Origin: Callorhinchus milii
Taxonomy: Eukaryota
Assembly (NCBI RefSeq): GCF_018977255.1
Contig: NW_024704742.1
Span: 4,590,001-4,654,000 of the forward strand
Length of the DNA stretch: 64,000 nucleotides
Direction: 5' to 3'
This document shows, piece by piece, positions 38,000-50,418 of the stretch (position 1 is its first letter; every line of letters begins with the position of its first letter). The notes under the pieces are model-generated. The model had not been told where the DNA came from and did no database searches. It saw only the letters and a program-made list of their open reading frames with translations. The position numbers and the translations under genes were made by a program.

Positions 38000-38307
38000 C
38001 TGTTAGTAAATAAGTGACAGATCTGCTCACTCCTCCTTTCCCTGAGCGGGGAGCAGCCCAGCACAATCGAGCAGCAAGCAAGCAGTCGATTCGGGAGCCT
38101 TTTAAACCTTCCACACTTTCGGTGGTTCCTGGAAACACGACCCGATCAGCGGGAGGCGAACCCGGCTCACTGTGGAAAGGCGAGACAAAAAAAAACCCCT
38201 CTTCTTTTTTTTTTGGGGGGGGGGGGGGGTCGAAAAAAGAATCCGACCGCAACACAACAGAGGAAAATTGGCACGAGAGCGCTGTAACTTTTTGTGGGTG
38301 TTTTTTT
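38000..38307 (+). other. Candidate non-coding first exon (start uncertain)
   Basis: Unique sequence inside the CpG island ending at donor GTGAGT (38308). There is an overlapping GTAAGG at 38312 and an alternative donor GTGAGC at 38447. Confidence 0.3.
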
Positions 38308-39514
38308 GTGAGTAAGGGAGCCGGAGGCTCTGCTGATGTCTCATTTCCTGGTTTGATGGCTCGAGTCTGCAGCTGATTTCTCATTGATCTCTCTCGCGTT
38401 CATCCCGACTGTCACAACACCCGCCCGTCAGAGTCACAAGCACAGGGTGAGCAACGGGGTGGACTGCTCATGGTCTCCAAACGCATCCTGACACCAGCGT
38501 GGCCAGCGTCATATCTCCAGTTTTGCAACCCCCCACCCACCCCCCTGCGCCCCCCCATCACCCCCACCACCCCAAAGAAATCAATTCTCACCGGTCCAGC
38601 CAGGATTGCACGAACTGGGTTTATTTTAGACCAGATGTAGCGCATCCACGACTGCTTGTGGGGCACTGCTGTGCGCCCACTAAATATACCAGTCGGTTCG
38701 CTTTACGGTATATTCCGCGGAGCGCCCCTCCCTCCCTCTCACTGCCCTCCCTCCCTCCTGCCCTCCCTCCACTGCCCTCCCTCCCTCTACTACCCTCCCC
38801 TCCCTCCTGCCCTCCCTCTACTGCCCTCCCTCCCTCTCCCCCTGCTCCTCTACTGCCCTCCCTCCCTCCTGCTTTCCTCTCTCCCTGCCCTCTTCCCTCC
38901 CTCCCTCTCTCTCCCTCCCTCCTCCCTCACCCCTGCCCTCCCTCCCTCAGTCAGTCCTCTCCCTCAGTCCTCTCCCCCTTCTTTGCCCCCCCCTGGTCTC
39001 TGCTTCTTATGGCAGTGACTGGAGCAAAGGAAAGAATAAATAACAATAATAATAATAATAAAAAGTTTGTGATTTTATTTCTCTCTCTTCTCTCTTTCTC
39101 TCTCACACTCTTTCTATTTTTGTTTGGTTTCCCTTCCTCCTTCCAGTCCTCAGCTTCCCCCCCCCACACCTTTTTTTTCTCTCTTTTTTTCCCCCCCCCT
39201 CTTTCTTTCTCTCCCTCCCTCCCCTCTGCTGGGTCTGGGGTTATTTACAGCAGCTCATGTGCTGCTGACTCAAAGGACTTTCAATGGGTTGTGTTACTCG
39301 CCAGAGAGAGGGAGGGATAGAGAGAGAGAGAGAGAGAGAAGGAGGAAGGGAGAGAAGGAGAGAGAGAGAGAGGGAGGGAAGGAATAAATAAATGATTGGG
39401 GGAGTGGATGGGTGAGAGGCACTGCCATTCAGGGCCATCAATTCCCCCCACCCCCACCCACCAAAAAAATACATTGCATTTCATCCCTAAAATTGACCCC
39501 TGAACAGCAAAGCA

Positions 39515-39645
39515 AACCCCCCACCCCCCCCCAACCTCCCCCCCCCACCCAAACCTCCCCCACCCCCCACCCCAAACCTCCCCCACCCCCCACCCAAACC
39601 TCCCCCACCCCCACCCAAACCTCCCCCTCCCCACCCCAACCCCAG
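39515..39645. repeat. C-rich tandem repeat (cccaaacctcccccacccc-like, about 5 units)
   Basis: Repeated cccaaacctcccc units; G-quadruplex-capable on the minus strand. Confidence 0.8.
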
Positions 39646-40366
39646 CACAAAGCAGACCTAAACCCCCACCACCGCCCCACCACACCCCCACCTCAATCGA
39701 AATTCAAACCCCAGACCACCACTCCGACCCCCCCCCCCCCCCCCACTCTCCCCCTTCCCGCCGCCCCTCAGGTCAACTCTTAACCCAAATCGGACCTTGT
39801 GGACTCCGTACGACGGCAGATTTAAAGCCTAAACCGAGACAACTCGGCCCCCAAACCGAAACCCTGAGCCGGTTCATAACTTAACAACCCCCTCGCGCTC
39901 GACGTGGCGCTGGTCAAGCCGCTTTCGCCGTTAAGTGTAGTAACCGTCCACGCGTGGGCAAGAACGAAGCGGCCAATTGTGCGAGGCAGCCAGATATCAG
40001 GAGACGATGAACCGAGTTAGTTTGAGCGCCTTGACGGGGAAGGGCGCGCCACACGCATGTAATCCGTCGGTGGTTGGTTGCCCAGGACACCAGGAGGAAC
40101 TTCCCTGCTATTTTCCGATCGTGCCGTGAGACGTTGAACAGACATCCTGGGCCTCAGTTTTAACACCTCATCTGAAGGACGATTTGACCCCAAACCCAAA
40201 TAACATCTTGACCCAAGTCCCGATCAACCCACACTCGCTGGCAACCCACATCAAACCCTGCAACTTACTGACAGTAACAATCCTCGCATTTGACACAGCG
40301 CCTTATGACGTCGAGACGCCTCAAATGCAGGAAAAGGCTGCCAAGTTCTAGATAAACTGGAGATTG

Positions 40367-40752
40367 TCGTGCAGGAAAGGCTGCCAAGTTCTAGATAATC
40401 TGGAGATTGTGCAGGGTGGGCTAAGAAGGCCGGGGAAGAAAGCTTTGAAAATTGAATGTGGAGGTGACACATGAGGCTTTCAGCCGCATGGGATAGAGAT
40501 GGAGCCACCCAGCGTTCCCGAGCCTGTGCTAGTTGTTCATTTATGTGTACATGAATCTCTCTGCTCTCCTCTGCACTACCTCTAGGGCCTGGGCAGAGAC
40601 TTGATGTCAACCAACACTATACACGGTACTGCAGTCTCCAGGCACAGCCCAACCAAAGTACTGTACACTTCGCGTACGACTTCTGTGAATTTGAATTCTG
40701 ACTCAGGTAATATAACAATAATCCTCGCATTTGATATAGCGCCTTATCACAT
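40367..40752. repeat. Left arm of a 386-bp inverted duplication
   Basis: Reverse complement of 41736-42121. Ends at the 25-N gap (40753-40777). Confidence 0.95.
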
Positions 40753-41735
40753 NNNNNNNNNNNNNNNNNNNNNNNNNCTTCTAGACGTCTCAAAGCGCTT
40801 CACAGGATATACTGCAAAGTGAATTGACTGTAGATTTTTTTGGGGGTGAAACACGGCAGCCAATTGCCCACAGCAGTGTCCCACAAACAGTCGTGGTTTG
40901 AGTGACCAATTTATTACATACTCTTACAATTAGCTTCTGTTGTCTTCCCTTTACACAATTACTGATCTACATCGTTGTCTTACTTACCCTTGACACACAG
41001 CAACATGAATTTACTAAGGAATCTTAGGTGGCACTTCACCAAAGCCCTTTTGGAAATTTAGATGCACTGCATCAAATGGTGAGATGTCACTTTGTTCAAA
41101 AAAACAGCTGTAAATTTGATCAAAGATCCTTCTGAAGCCGCACTGGCCATCATTTATTAAGTTATTTTCATACAACTTGGCTTGAACTAAAGTACTGTTA
41201 CATTACGTGATTTGGGATCCTGGGTTTTATTTAACTACAACATTGTAGGGAAATTACACATATGGTGTATTATATATCATTAAAAAAAAGTTACATCAAG
41301 CTGCTTGCTGCATTTGTGGGTGAGCAGCAGCACTGAAGCCAGAATTTATAAATCCTTCATGTTTTGGATGTGCTGAACATTTTGGAACTCTGAAACTTCA
41401 AACACGATTCCTCCGCTTTAATCAGAAGTAGTTGAGAATGCCTGTTGATGGAGATGTGTTATAGAGCCGATAATAGCCTCCTCTGCAAAGCAAGGAATGT
41501 GACATAAGCTTCAGCTGCTCTATAAGGGGCAGGTTTTTACAGCCCCTCGCAGAAGATTTATAAAAAACACACACACATTGATTCACAGTACGGAAGTCAC
41601 ACTGGAATGTAAATAGAAAACTTCAAATCACCTTATGAATTCCTAGGGTAGTGCTGATAACTTTGAACATGACTCCAGATCTGGCGGACAGGTAGTAAAT
41701 AAACAGCAGCTCAGAATTGGTTCCCGAGAATGGAA

Positions 41736-42121
41736 ATGTGATAAGGCGCTATATCAAATGCGAGGATTATTGTTATATTACCTGAGTCAGAATTCAAATT
41801 CACAGAAGTCGTACGCGAAGTGTACAGTACTTTGGTTGGGCTGTGCCTGGAGACTGCAGTACCGTGTATAGTGTTGGTTGACATCAAGTCTCTGCCCAGG
41901 CCCTAGAGGTAGTGCAGAGGAGAGCAGAGAGATTCATGTACACATAAATGAACAACTAGCACAGGCTCGGGAACGCTGGGTGGCTCCATCTCTATCCCAT
42001 GCGGCTGAAAGCCTCATGTGTCACCTCCACATTCAATTTTCAAAGCTTTCTTCCCCGGCCTTCTTAGCCCACCCTGCACAATCTCCAGATTATCTAGAAC
42101 TTGGCAGCCTTTCCTGCACGA
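41736..42121. repeat. Right arm of a 386-bp inverted duplication
   Basis: The same ORF translation (MTSSLCPGPRG...GSLSCT) appears on opposite strands at 40251..40610 and 41878..42174. Confidence 0.95.
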
Positions 42122-43471
42122 GGTTAAGCCTCGTCCCTAACCAGGTTGCAATGGCTCTCTTTCCCCCAGCTTGAAAATCTTTGTTTTCATTTCCTCTCCT
42201 GCAGCCCTACGCCCCCACGCACTCCTTCCACTAACTGGTACTAGGGAATTCTGTGATCCTTTGCCTTCTTTATTTACGTACAAAAGAGCACTGTATACTT
42301 TTGCAAATGCTTAACCGAATATGTAAAGTAGACTCCTCCTGCCCCCCCGCACCCACCCATGGGTACCCACCCACTACAGAGAGGAAAAGCAGTTTGGTTT
42401 TCTTTATTGATATTTGGCGACACTTGCAGGAAAGTGTTATGTGGGCTTGACTGAGACTCCCTATAACCTCTGTGTACGCTCATACTTGAAGAATGGGGCC
42501 TTGAGTAAGGTAGTGTTGGGTGCTCGGCATCCATGGAATCCAACATCATAAGTCGGCATCTTTGAAGTGGGGATAAAGCATTATCTAATTCTCTTGCACA
42601 ACCATATTCTAAGGGCAAAACAAAACCTCCGGTGCCCCTCTTCGCGATATTGCCTGCTGAGGCTACGAGTGGATTTGGCACCTGCGGTTTGAGTGGTGAA
42701 ACAATATTGCTCCTGGCTGCTCAGATAGTCACTTGGGTTTTTCTGTGCATACCTCGGAGTCTGAGGATAGACAAACACGGGTCTGCAGATGCTCTCTCTC
42801 CCAGGCTGACGTCGGAGAAGAGCTGGTTACTGGTTAGCTAGTGAGATCAACATTCCACCAGCTTCCAGCAGCTGTGATGGGTATTCCCATATAGGTACAA
42901 GTGTGTGGCAGCTAACTACATAGGTGGAAAAACTTGCCTTTTTTTTTAATGTTTTTACTGATGCGTGGAAGAATTTGTTGCTATAAATGCCCTCGTCCAT
43001 CTGTCTATTTGTGTGCCAGTAATCGAGACGAGGAGCAGGTGTTAATTTTTTTTGCCCAGTACATGAATGAATATACACTGGCCTAAAAAGTTCAGGCCCA
43101 AGTCAAACTAAGGCTGCAAACACTAATTTTTTTTGTTGGCGGTGTGTGGGGGAGTGGAGAGAAGGGGAGAGAAGATTAGAGTTGGAACTGGATCAGTCAG
43201 CACTATTGCTACAGATTATATATTCAGACAGTGTGTTGCAGTACTGTCCAATTTAATACCGTTCGGAGCTCTGGTATGGCTTGGTGTTAAATGTGACATT
43301 TTTGTGGCTGTGGTTATTCTTTTGTCGGACACACCTGTGCTGCAGATATGTTTTGCGGTACATAAGGTTGGTCCAGCCATCGGGGATTGGAAAGCAAACC
43401 GAATCAATACAAAAACTAGCAACTGCTCGGTGACAGTTACATGAAAGCAGGTTGGACATTATGTGCTGTTA

Positions 43472-43649
43472 CAGTCAAACCGGTTCAAGCAACTAACTCC
43501 ATTCAACAACCACCCCATTAACAACCACGCTGGAGCAGCCCCTTCAGTGTGCGTTCACACATCAACCAAGCCTTACTCAGAAGCCACCCTCATATAAAGG
43601 CCACGTTTGGCCCAGTCCCCTGAGAGGTTGTTGAAGCCGGGTTTGACTG
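43472..43649. mobile_element. Tc1/mariner (pogo/Tigger-like) MITE
   Basis: TA-CAGTCAAACC ... GGTTTGACTG-TA, giving terminal inverted repeats and a TA target duplication. Subterminal aaccac/gccac repeats. Confidence 0.85.
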
Positions 43650-44269
43650 TATATGGTAGTGTTGTGCAGCCTTGCGGTGGTGAGCTCTGAGCCGGAGCTT
43701 TATTACTGAGCTTAATTAGCAAGTGCACGATTTTATTCTTTTGATGCTGAGCTATAGCAGTCTGTAATGTCGAACAACACTTACGAATAACATCCATAAT
43801 TTTATAGCATTTGCAATCAGAAGAATAATATAGATCATCTCCACATGACATTTTATTCTAAAGGCAGGCAGCTGAAGGTTAGCTTAGTTTGGCACCACAA
43901 ATACATGGAATAGTCCATGTAATTGTGGTGGAATTAAGTCGGCTTTATGTAAAACGGTGCTATTAGTGTCTATCTTGCTACTGACTAAGCCTCAGGAAAT
44001 TTACTCGAAATACGTAACGGCAGTAAATATATTTCTTTGCACTTATAATCTGTTTGTCAGAGTAACATGGGGGTTTCATTGACTCATAACAGGCATGCAG
44101 TGCTATGGTCAGAATTCACTCTGGGCTTGCATTTCCCCCAGTTTTTTGCTTTGGCAAAATTCAGAATATTTTTGCTTTTGACTGTATTGTCGTTGAGCAT
44201 CGCTTTGACTGAATTTCAAGCTTTGGTATTTTTGTTGTTCGTGATTTGTGGCTGCTTCCCGACGTGAAA

Positions 44270-44565
44270 GGCGCGATGCAAAGGCGTTAAACCCAGGTCC
44301 CGTCTGCATGATCAGGTGGATGTTAAAGATCCCGTGACACTACTCAAAAAGAGAAGGGAATTTCTCTCGGTGTCCTGGCCAAGAAGCTTGCAGATAAAAT
44401 TGGTCACTCACTTCACGGCTGTCTTTGGACATTGTTATGTGCAAATTGGGTGCTGCGTTTGCCTAAAAAAACACAGTGACTGTATTTTACTGTAAAACAC
44501 TGGCTGCACTTTGAAACATTTCAATGATGCATTAATGCGCTATATGAAATGCAAGTATTACTATT
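44270..44565 (+). mobile_element. Deu-domain SINE, headless
   Basis: 'gttaaacccaggtcccgtctgc...gtggatgttaaagatccc' through to the tail. Confidence 0.8.
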
Positions 44566-44714
44566 AAGTATTTTGTCACTCCTCGTATCCTGTGCACCTA
44601 CAGAATGGAGGACTAATGGATAGTTGACTGTAGCAATGATTGCTGTATTAAAAAGGTCCACTAAAAAACATATTTTACAGCAAATCATGAGATGCATTAC
44701 ATATAATATATAAC

Positions 44715-45160
44715 AGTAACCTTTACATCAGATATATCGCCTTTCACTTCAGGAGGACATCTCAAAGCGCTTCATGGGATTTTTACTGTAAAGTGTAGTA
44801 AGTCAGGCAAAGAGAACGGCCAATCTGAGCACAGTAATGTCCCACAAACAACTACGAAGTGAATGACCAATTTTATCTCAATGTTTGCGGTACATAAGGT
44901 TGTTGACCAGGACAGGAGGAGAAACTCCCTTCTGTTTGGAAATCGTGCCAAGGGATATTTAACGTCCATTTGCACAGGCAGACAGCAACTCTAATTAATG
45001 TCTCATCCAAAGGTTGACACCTCCAAAAAAAATTGTGGTGATCTCCCCAGCAATATATTGTAATGTCAGCTTGGACTGAATTCAAAGCTCTAACTTGAGG
45101 TTTGAACTCACAATCTTCTGGCTCTACAGCAAAAGTGCTACCCACTGAGCCTGGCTGGTA
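44715..45160 (-). mobile_element. Deu-domain SINE
   Basis: Tail at left, Deu core, and head 'tttgaactcacaatcttctg...cccactgagcc' at right. Confidence 0.8.
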
Positions 45161-45327
45161 CCTTTTTAAAAAAATACCTTAAAAAATACCTAGAACAGGC
45201 GTGAATCAATACACGTCCATGTTTCACAATGTATTTTCCTCTCGGTTCTTTTTCAGCAGAGTTGTGGGGCATGTTTCAAAATAAATGCTACGTATTTATG
45301 ACTTCCTATTATTCATTACAATAACGT

Positions 45328-45772
45328 GCGTCAGCCTGGCGCAGTGGAAGCGCTCATCTCTGAGTCAGAAGGTTGTGGCTTGAAGCCACACTTTGGGACG
45401 AGGAATCACGCAGTCTAAGTTGACACTCCAGTGCAGTGCTGGGGGTATTGGCATTGGCAGAGGTGCTGCCCTTCGGATAAGATGTCAAACCCAGGTCCCG
45501 CCTGCCTGTTCAGGTGGATGTTAGAGATCCCATGGCACTACTCGAAAAGAGGTTTTCTTGATGTCCGGGCCAACAAATCCCCCGAATAAAATTGGCTACT
45601 CACTCCATGGCTGCTTGTGGGACATTGCTGTGCGCAAACTGGATGCCATGATTTACCTTCCGCCCACAAAATATACAGTCAATTCATTTTACGGTATATC
45701 CTGTGACTCTCTTTGAGACGTCTCGACGACGGGATAAGATGCTATATCAAATGCAAGGATTATTTATTATTT
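45328..45772 (+). mobile_element. Full Deu-domain SINE
   Basis: Head 'gtcagcctggcgcagtgg', Deu core, tail 'atcaaatgcaaggattatt'. Confidence 0.85.
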
Positions 45773-46724
45773 ATATATAATAAATAACTGGTAACCAGAT
45801 GGTTATTGCTCTTCAGCCACGGAAAATGACATTGCCTTGGAGCCGAGGCTGCAGTCACAAGACATTGTTTATCAGTAACTATTTTTAAAGCATTTCAACA
45901 AACCATATCGGGGTTGGTGCCGGTGAGTGTTGGAGAATTGTAGATCAGCGAGATAAAGGGAAGTGACCATGGTCAAATAATTTCTTTGCTTTGGTAAGAG
46001 CTGTGCAGAAATCTTCACCCGGGGTTCTTTGACATTCAGATTTCCAAGTAAACACCATTTGTCGGGAGTCTTGACTTTTAAATGTTTACCGTGAACCAAT
46101 CAGACTGGTAAACGAAAGAAGGCTGAGCGTGCGATGATTCAAACCTCAAACAACGTTGCAGCGGCTGCGCTCCAGGGAAAGATGAGAAATTTGGGAAGGA
46201 AGCCTCAGAGTTTGGCGTTAACACTTTCAGCATCGGCAGACGTGAACCTCCCTCGCCTGTATTATTGTTGCAAAATGAGGCAACCAGCCACTTCGCAAAA
46301 AATTGAATGAGGGAAATGTGTGTCATAAAACAGTGGGTTTTAAATAAATCTGTGCTCGAAATGAACGTGTGGGAATACAAAGCAATTTTGTCTCATGTTT
46401 TTGGTGCAGGAGCCTGCTGCTTGTTAAAGGTTTCAGCTGCTGCAGTGCTGTGGGAATCAGAATTAATAACATATTGGCTACGAATTCCCCGTGTAACACA
46501 GTGCCATTGCCGTGTATTGACCTAAGAGTTTATTACCTATGGGATAACACCCTGTATTAACAAAATAATATAACTGCTCAGCGTCTGATGCAGTAGGCAC
46601 TGATCGGTCGAGAATTATCCTGAACATCATGGCCCATCAAATTTACCAGCACCGCATTTAATATTTATTCACGTCAAACCCACCCATACACAGTGTTTGG
46701 TTCAGCTCAACGTAATTTGAGGGA

Positions 46725-47370
46725 ACAGCAACTTGCATTTACACAGCGCCTTTCATGTGGGCTAGTCTCTTCGAGTGCTTAACAGTGGCAGAGCTTGACG
46801 CTGAGCCGGGGAAAGAGGAGTAGTGACCGTAGGCATGGTCCAAGAGGAAGTTCTTCAGGTGTGATCTGAAGATGGATAAGAAGGGGTGGGGTCGGGTGGG
46901 GTACAGCGGAGGAATCGAGGCAGAAAGTCCCAGAGTATCGGGCCGAGTGGCGGAAAGCACAGCCGCTGATGGTGGAGCGGAAGGGACGTGCGGGAGGCCG
47001 GAGACGAGTGAGCGAGACGTAGAGGAGTGGGGTGTGAGCAGGTTGGAGAGATCGGGAGGTGGCAGGGCGTGAAGTGATTTGCACGTGAATGTTGACGATG
47101 CTGAAGAGGGAGGAATGGCGGTCAAGAGAGAGGACGTCATCTGTGACTTTGACGAGTGCCGTCTGGTGCGATGGGCTGGGGAGAAACCGGCCTGAAAGGG
47201 CTGGAGTATGGAGTGGAGGGAAAGGTGTGAGCGAAGGTGATTGGCAACAACTTGTTCCAGGACTTTGGAGATGAAGGGCGAGTTTGAGATGGACTGGCAG
47301 TTGGTGAATTTGAGGGATCGAGCGTGGTGTAGAGGTGTGGACATCCAGTGTGATGGATTGGCAAGTCATG
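46725..47370 (-). mobile_element. Internally deleted L2 LINE fragment
   Basis: ORF 46739..47344 contains 'ISNSPFISKVLEQVV..LQPFQAGF' (RT start) joined to the C-terminal 'FRSHLKNFLLDHAY'. Confidence 0.85.
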
Positions 47371-48364
47371 TTCAACACCTTGTGTCAGGGTTTCTCTGTG
47401 ACAATTGTATTAACATTCAAACAGTTACCAAATCTTGTCTAATTTCTGAAAATGAGATGACATCCAAATTGGTACTGAGGAATCTCTAAATAAGAGACTG
47501 CAATTCACTGACAAATACTGTTTTACAGTAAAATCCTGCGAATCTCTTTGTGACGTTCATGTGACGAGGTGTATCAGATGCAAGTGTTACTGTGAATATC
47601 TTTAGAATCTGTGCAGTATCTGGCGGTGCAATATTGTTTGATAGAGAAGTTTACGATCGAAGAGTTAATCAAAACACTTATTCTTGTTCAAATAATCAAA
47701 CTATGTGGAAAATTGGAACAAAAGAAACCAGGCTATTCCAGTTAATGTACTGGAGCCTGTCCTGTAAGCGTAGTGGCTATTCTAGTTAATAAAGTAGAGG
47801 CTGTATGTAAAGAGAGGCTGAATAAATTGAGGCATGGCAATGAAATACTGCTAGTGGCGAGCATTTAAAGCAAGCGCTGCTTTATAACATTGCACTGTTT
47901 GAAAACTGAATGGAACGTTTACTCTTTGTGCAATGATTTAGTTTGTGTCTGGAGTTCCAGACCATGTTGTTCACTGTGTGCATTGCTGAATACTGTGAAC
48001 AGATTTGGTACATTGCCTGTGTTTAGCTTTCAGTATTCAGTAACTAGGATATAATTTGTCACAAGACACAAGTCGGGAAAGTACCTAGTCTATTAAATTA
48101 ACTTTTTGAGATAAATTTGTGCGGTCAATATCAAATGCAGTTGTAATACTCATTAATTTGGGACTGTTCTAACACTTCCACAACAAATTTCAGTTGAGAA
48201 TCAGAATGATTTCAGCTTAAGGCTTCCAACAGCTGTCTGTTACTCTCTTCCTACTTGTCTTTTAGCAGCGTTCAGTGGCATATACAACCACGCGTGTCAA
48301 GTAAACAAATGTACAGTATTTGGATGGAATAACTCGGGGCTCGCTCACCCATTCACCCACCCAA

Positions 48365-48832
48365 ATCAGAATCAAGTCGGCCCTTTGGTGCAGGTCTCGG
48401 TGCTCATGAGCCGGGCCGTGCTGATGACAGACCAGCCAGTCCACCTCGTTGGCAGGATATGGAGGGGCAGACTTGTCATTGAGGGCAGGTATTCTTCCGA
48501 AGCCAATGCCACAACTGGTAGGACGGTCCCAGCTGGACAAGCAGCGGGAAGCTTTCCAGATAGTGCTCTCACTGGCAAGCTATGGAGTTTTAAGCTGGTT
48601 AGACCCCAACGCACACTCAGCTGGTCCCCAAGCCTTGTTGTCTTGCCAAACTGCTGCTGACGCTCTCCAGACTTAGGTGAGTGAGGTGCGTCCCCTCCAG
48701 GTAAAGAGCAAACAATACAGATATGAAAATGTCCTTGTGTGGGTGGCAAACGTGTGGAACTCTCAATCTGGTTTGGATACCCTGAAGCACGTTGATGGGT
48801 TTCTGCAGGTGTCGGATACAAGGCTGACCAAA
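48365..48832 (+). mobile_element. Unidentified retroposon copy
   Basis: 'ggtcccagctggacaagcagcgggaagct' and terminus 'gatgggtttctgcaggtgtcggatacaaggctgaccaaaa'. Confidence 0.8.
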
Positions 48833-50418
48833 AGAAATTTGGGGGAGAAAGATAACTCATGATGATACAAGTTGTCGCATCTACTTAATAAACTACTAAT
48901 GTTTCTTAACCAGCACGTTCCCTGCCGTTTGAGTTGACAGCACGCAGCGAATTTAATTAAACCAGGTATCTTTTCTGATTTTCAGGAATAACCTGTCGCA
49001 AAGTGATTTCAAGTTAGTGTTACTGTCTGTTGGCAAAGGTATATGCAGTGATTAAAGGGACATGGCAATTGATTGTAATTATGAATTTAAGTAGAGTGAT
49101 TTCAGACTGTTGTAAAGACTACATATTTCAGTGGTACTTCACTGCAGTACAGCGTTTCAAATTTACAGGATATTGTATTTGGAGATGTGATGATTTTAAA
49201 TCATGAGGTCTCCTAAGTCTCATGTTGAGTTGTGTTTCCATTCCACCACTGATCAGCCTTTATTACTGCTTCAATCTGTTAAACGTCAACAGTGGCAGCA
49301 GTATAATTGAAGAAAACCGAAATTTCCTTCCTAAAATAGCATAGTAAAGAGGAAAATATGATGTCCAGAAGTTTTTAAAAGCCTTATGGCTGAACCATAG
49401 AGGGTTGGAAAAGCCATTGTTTCATAACAGATTTGATAACTATTGAATGCATTATAGAATCTGGAATAAAACATCACATTTTTCGCCCACAGTGTTAGTA
49501 TTTGTCACCTGCTTTACCTGTCATCCACTCGAAGCCTCTGGTGCAAAACTAGTTATTAGGACGACCACTTAATTTTCATCATCCCCGAGAAACTTTCTGT
49601 TTCAAATTGCAGTCATGGAATGAATCAATTTGTAACTGTTGAGACTTGAGCTGATAATCTAGGCTGATATTTCCGTGCAGTATCAGGTGAACCTGTCGTC
49701 TGTTGGTTGAAACATTAAACCGAGGTGTTTCGGTGGATGTTAAAGATCCTATGGCTCCATTCAAAAAGAGAAGAGAGTTTCTCCTGGCAACTCTGGATTA
49801 ATTGGTCATTCTCTGGCCAATTGTGGGACCAGCAGGGACAAATGGCGGGCACATTTGCCTGCAAGAAGGCAAATTACTTCAAAGCAAAAGGTAATTGCTT
49901 CAAAGTAATTACCCAATGATGGTGAAGGGGGCTGGAGAGGGCCAAAGACCAGGAACTCAACTGGCTTTCCCTTTCCCGGGAAGGCTGTGGGTAATTTATC
50001 ATCCCCATGGAGCCCTGACTGAGATCAGCAAAGTTACACGGTAATTTCTTGTTTGTGTTGGTACTGATTCTCGTGCAGCAATGATAAAAGAAGAGCGCAA
50101 GTTAAGCGTGTAAGCGCCCGCCCTGCCTTGACATTTCAAACTATTTCTTTTAATGACAAACAATTACATTATTTCAATCAGAAGATAGATTGACTCCAGT
50201 CCCCTTACGTCGCTGGAAACTCCTTTGTTGGGTTGATTCAAAATATGCTATTGTACCTGGAATGTTGAGTAAACACACCAGGACTAAATATTACAATAAA
50301 CGACTCCTACGGTGAACTTGCGGAACATCATTAGTTATCCAAATATCCTATAAACGTCAATGTTTGATGCATTGATGAATTTCATATTCAGCTCATGGTG
50401 GATTACGTCAGCGCAACG

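Larger units (their letters stand above)
36900..40250. promoter_or_regulatory. CpG/GC-rich promoter-like region with G-quadruplex and polypurine/polypyrimidine tracts
   Basis: Visibly higher CpG density than the rest of the window. G runs at 37255-37320 and C runs at 38520-38575 and 39515-39765. Pyrimidine tract at 38725-38990 and GA tract at 39303-39382. Confidence 0.7.

Noticed and set aside
39248..39270. miR-15/16-like sequence on the minus strand (CAGCAGCACAT)
   Set aside because: Similarity is limited to about 10 nt and there is no pre-miRNA-sized hairpin.
38499..39783. Long Pro/Ser/Leu- or Gly-rich ORFs
   Set aside because: Artefacts of stop-poor low-complexity C/T tracts.
48405..48460. 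Hammerhead or HDV-like ribozyme in the unidentified element (CTGATGA; gcca..ctcgt.tggc)
   Set aside because: No GAAA with stems II/III, CTGATGA is not conserved in other copies, and the HDV P1/P2 pairings could not be built by eye.
48986..49038. Possible 53-nt exon (NNLSQSDFKLVLLSVGK)
   Set aside because: Weak donor (gtatat) and an unrecognised peptide; insufficient support.
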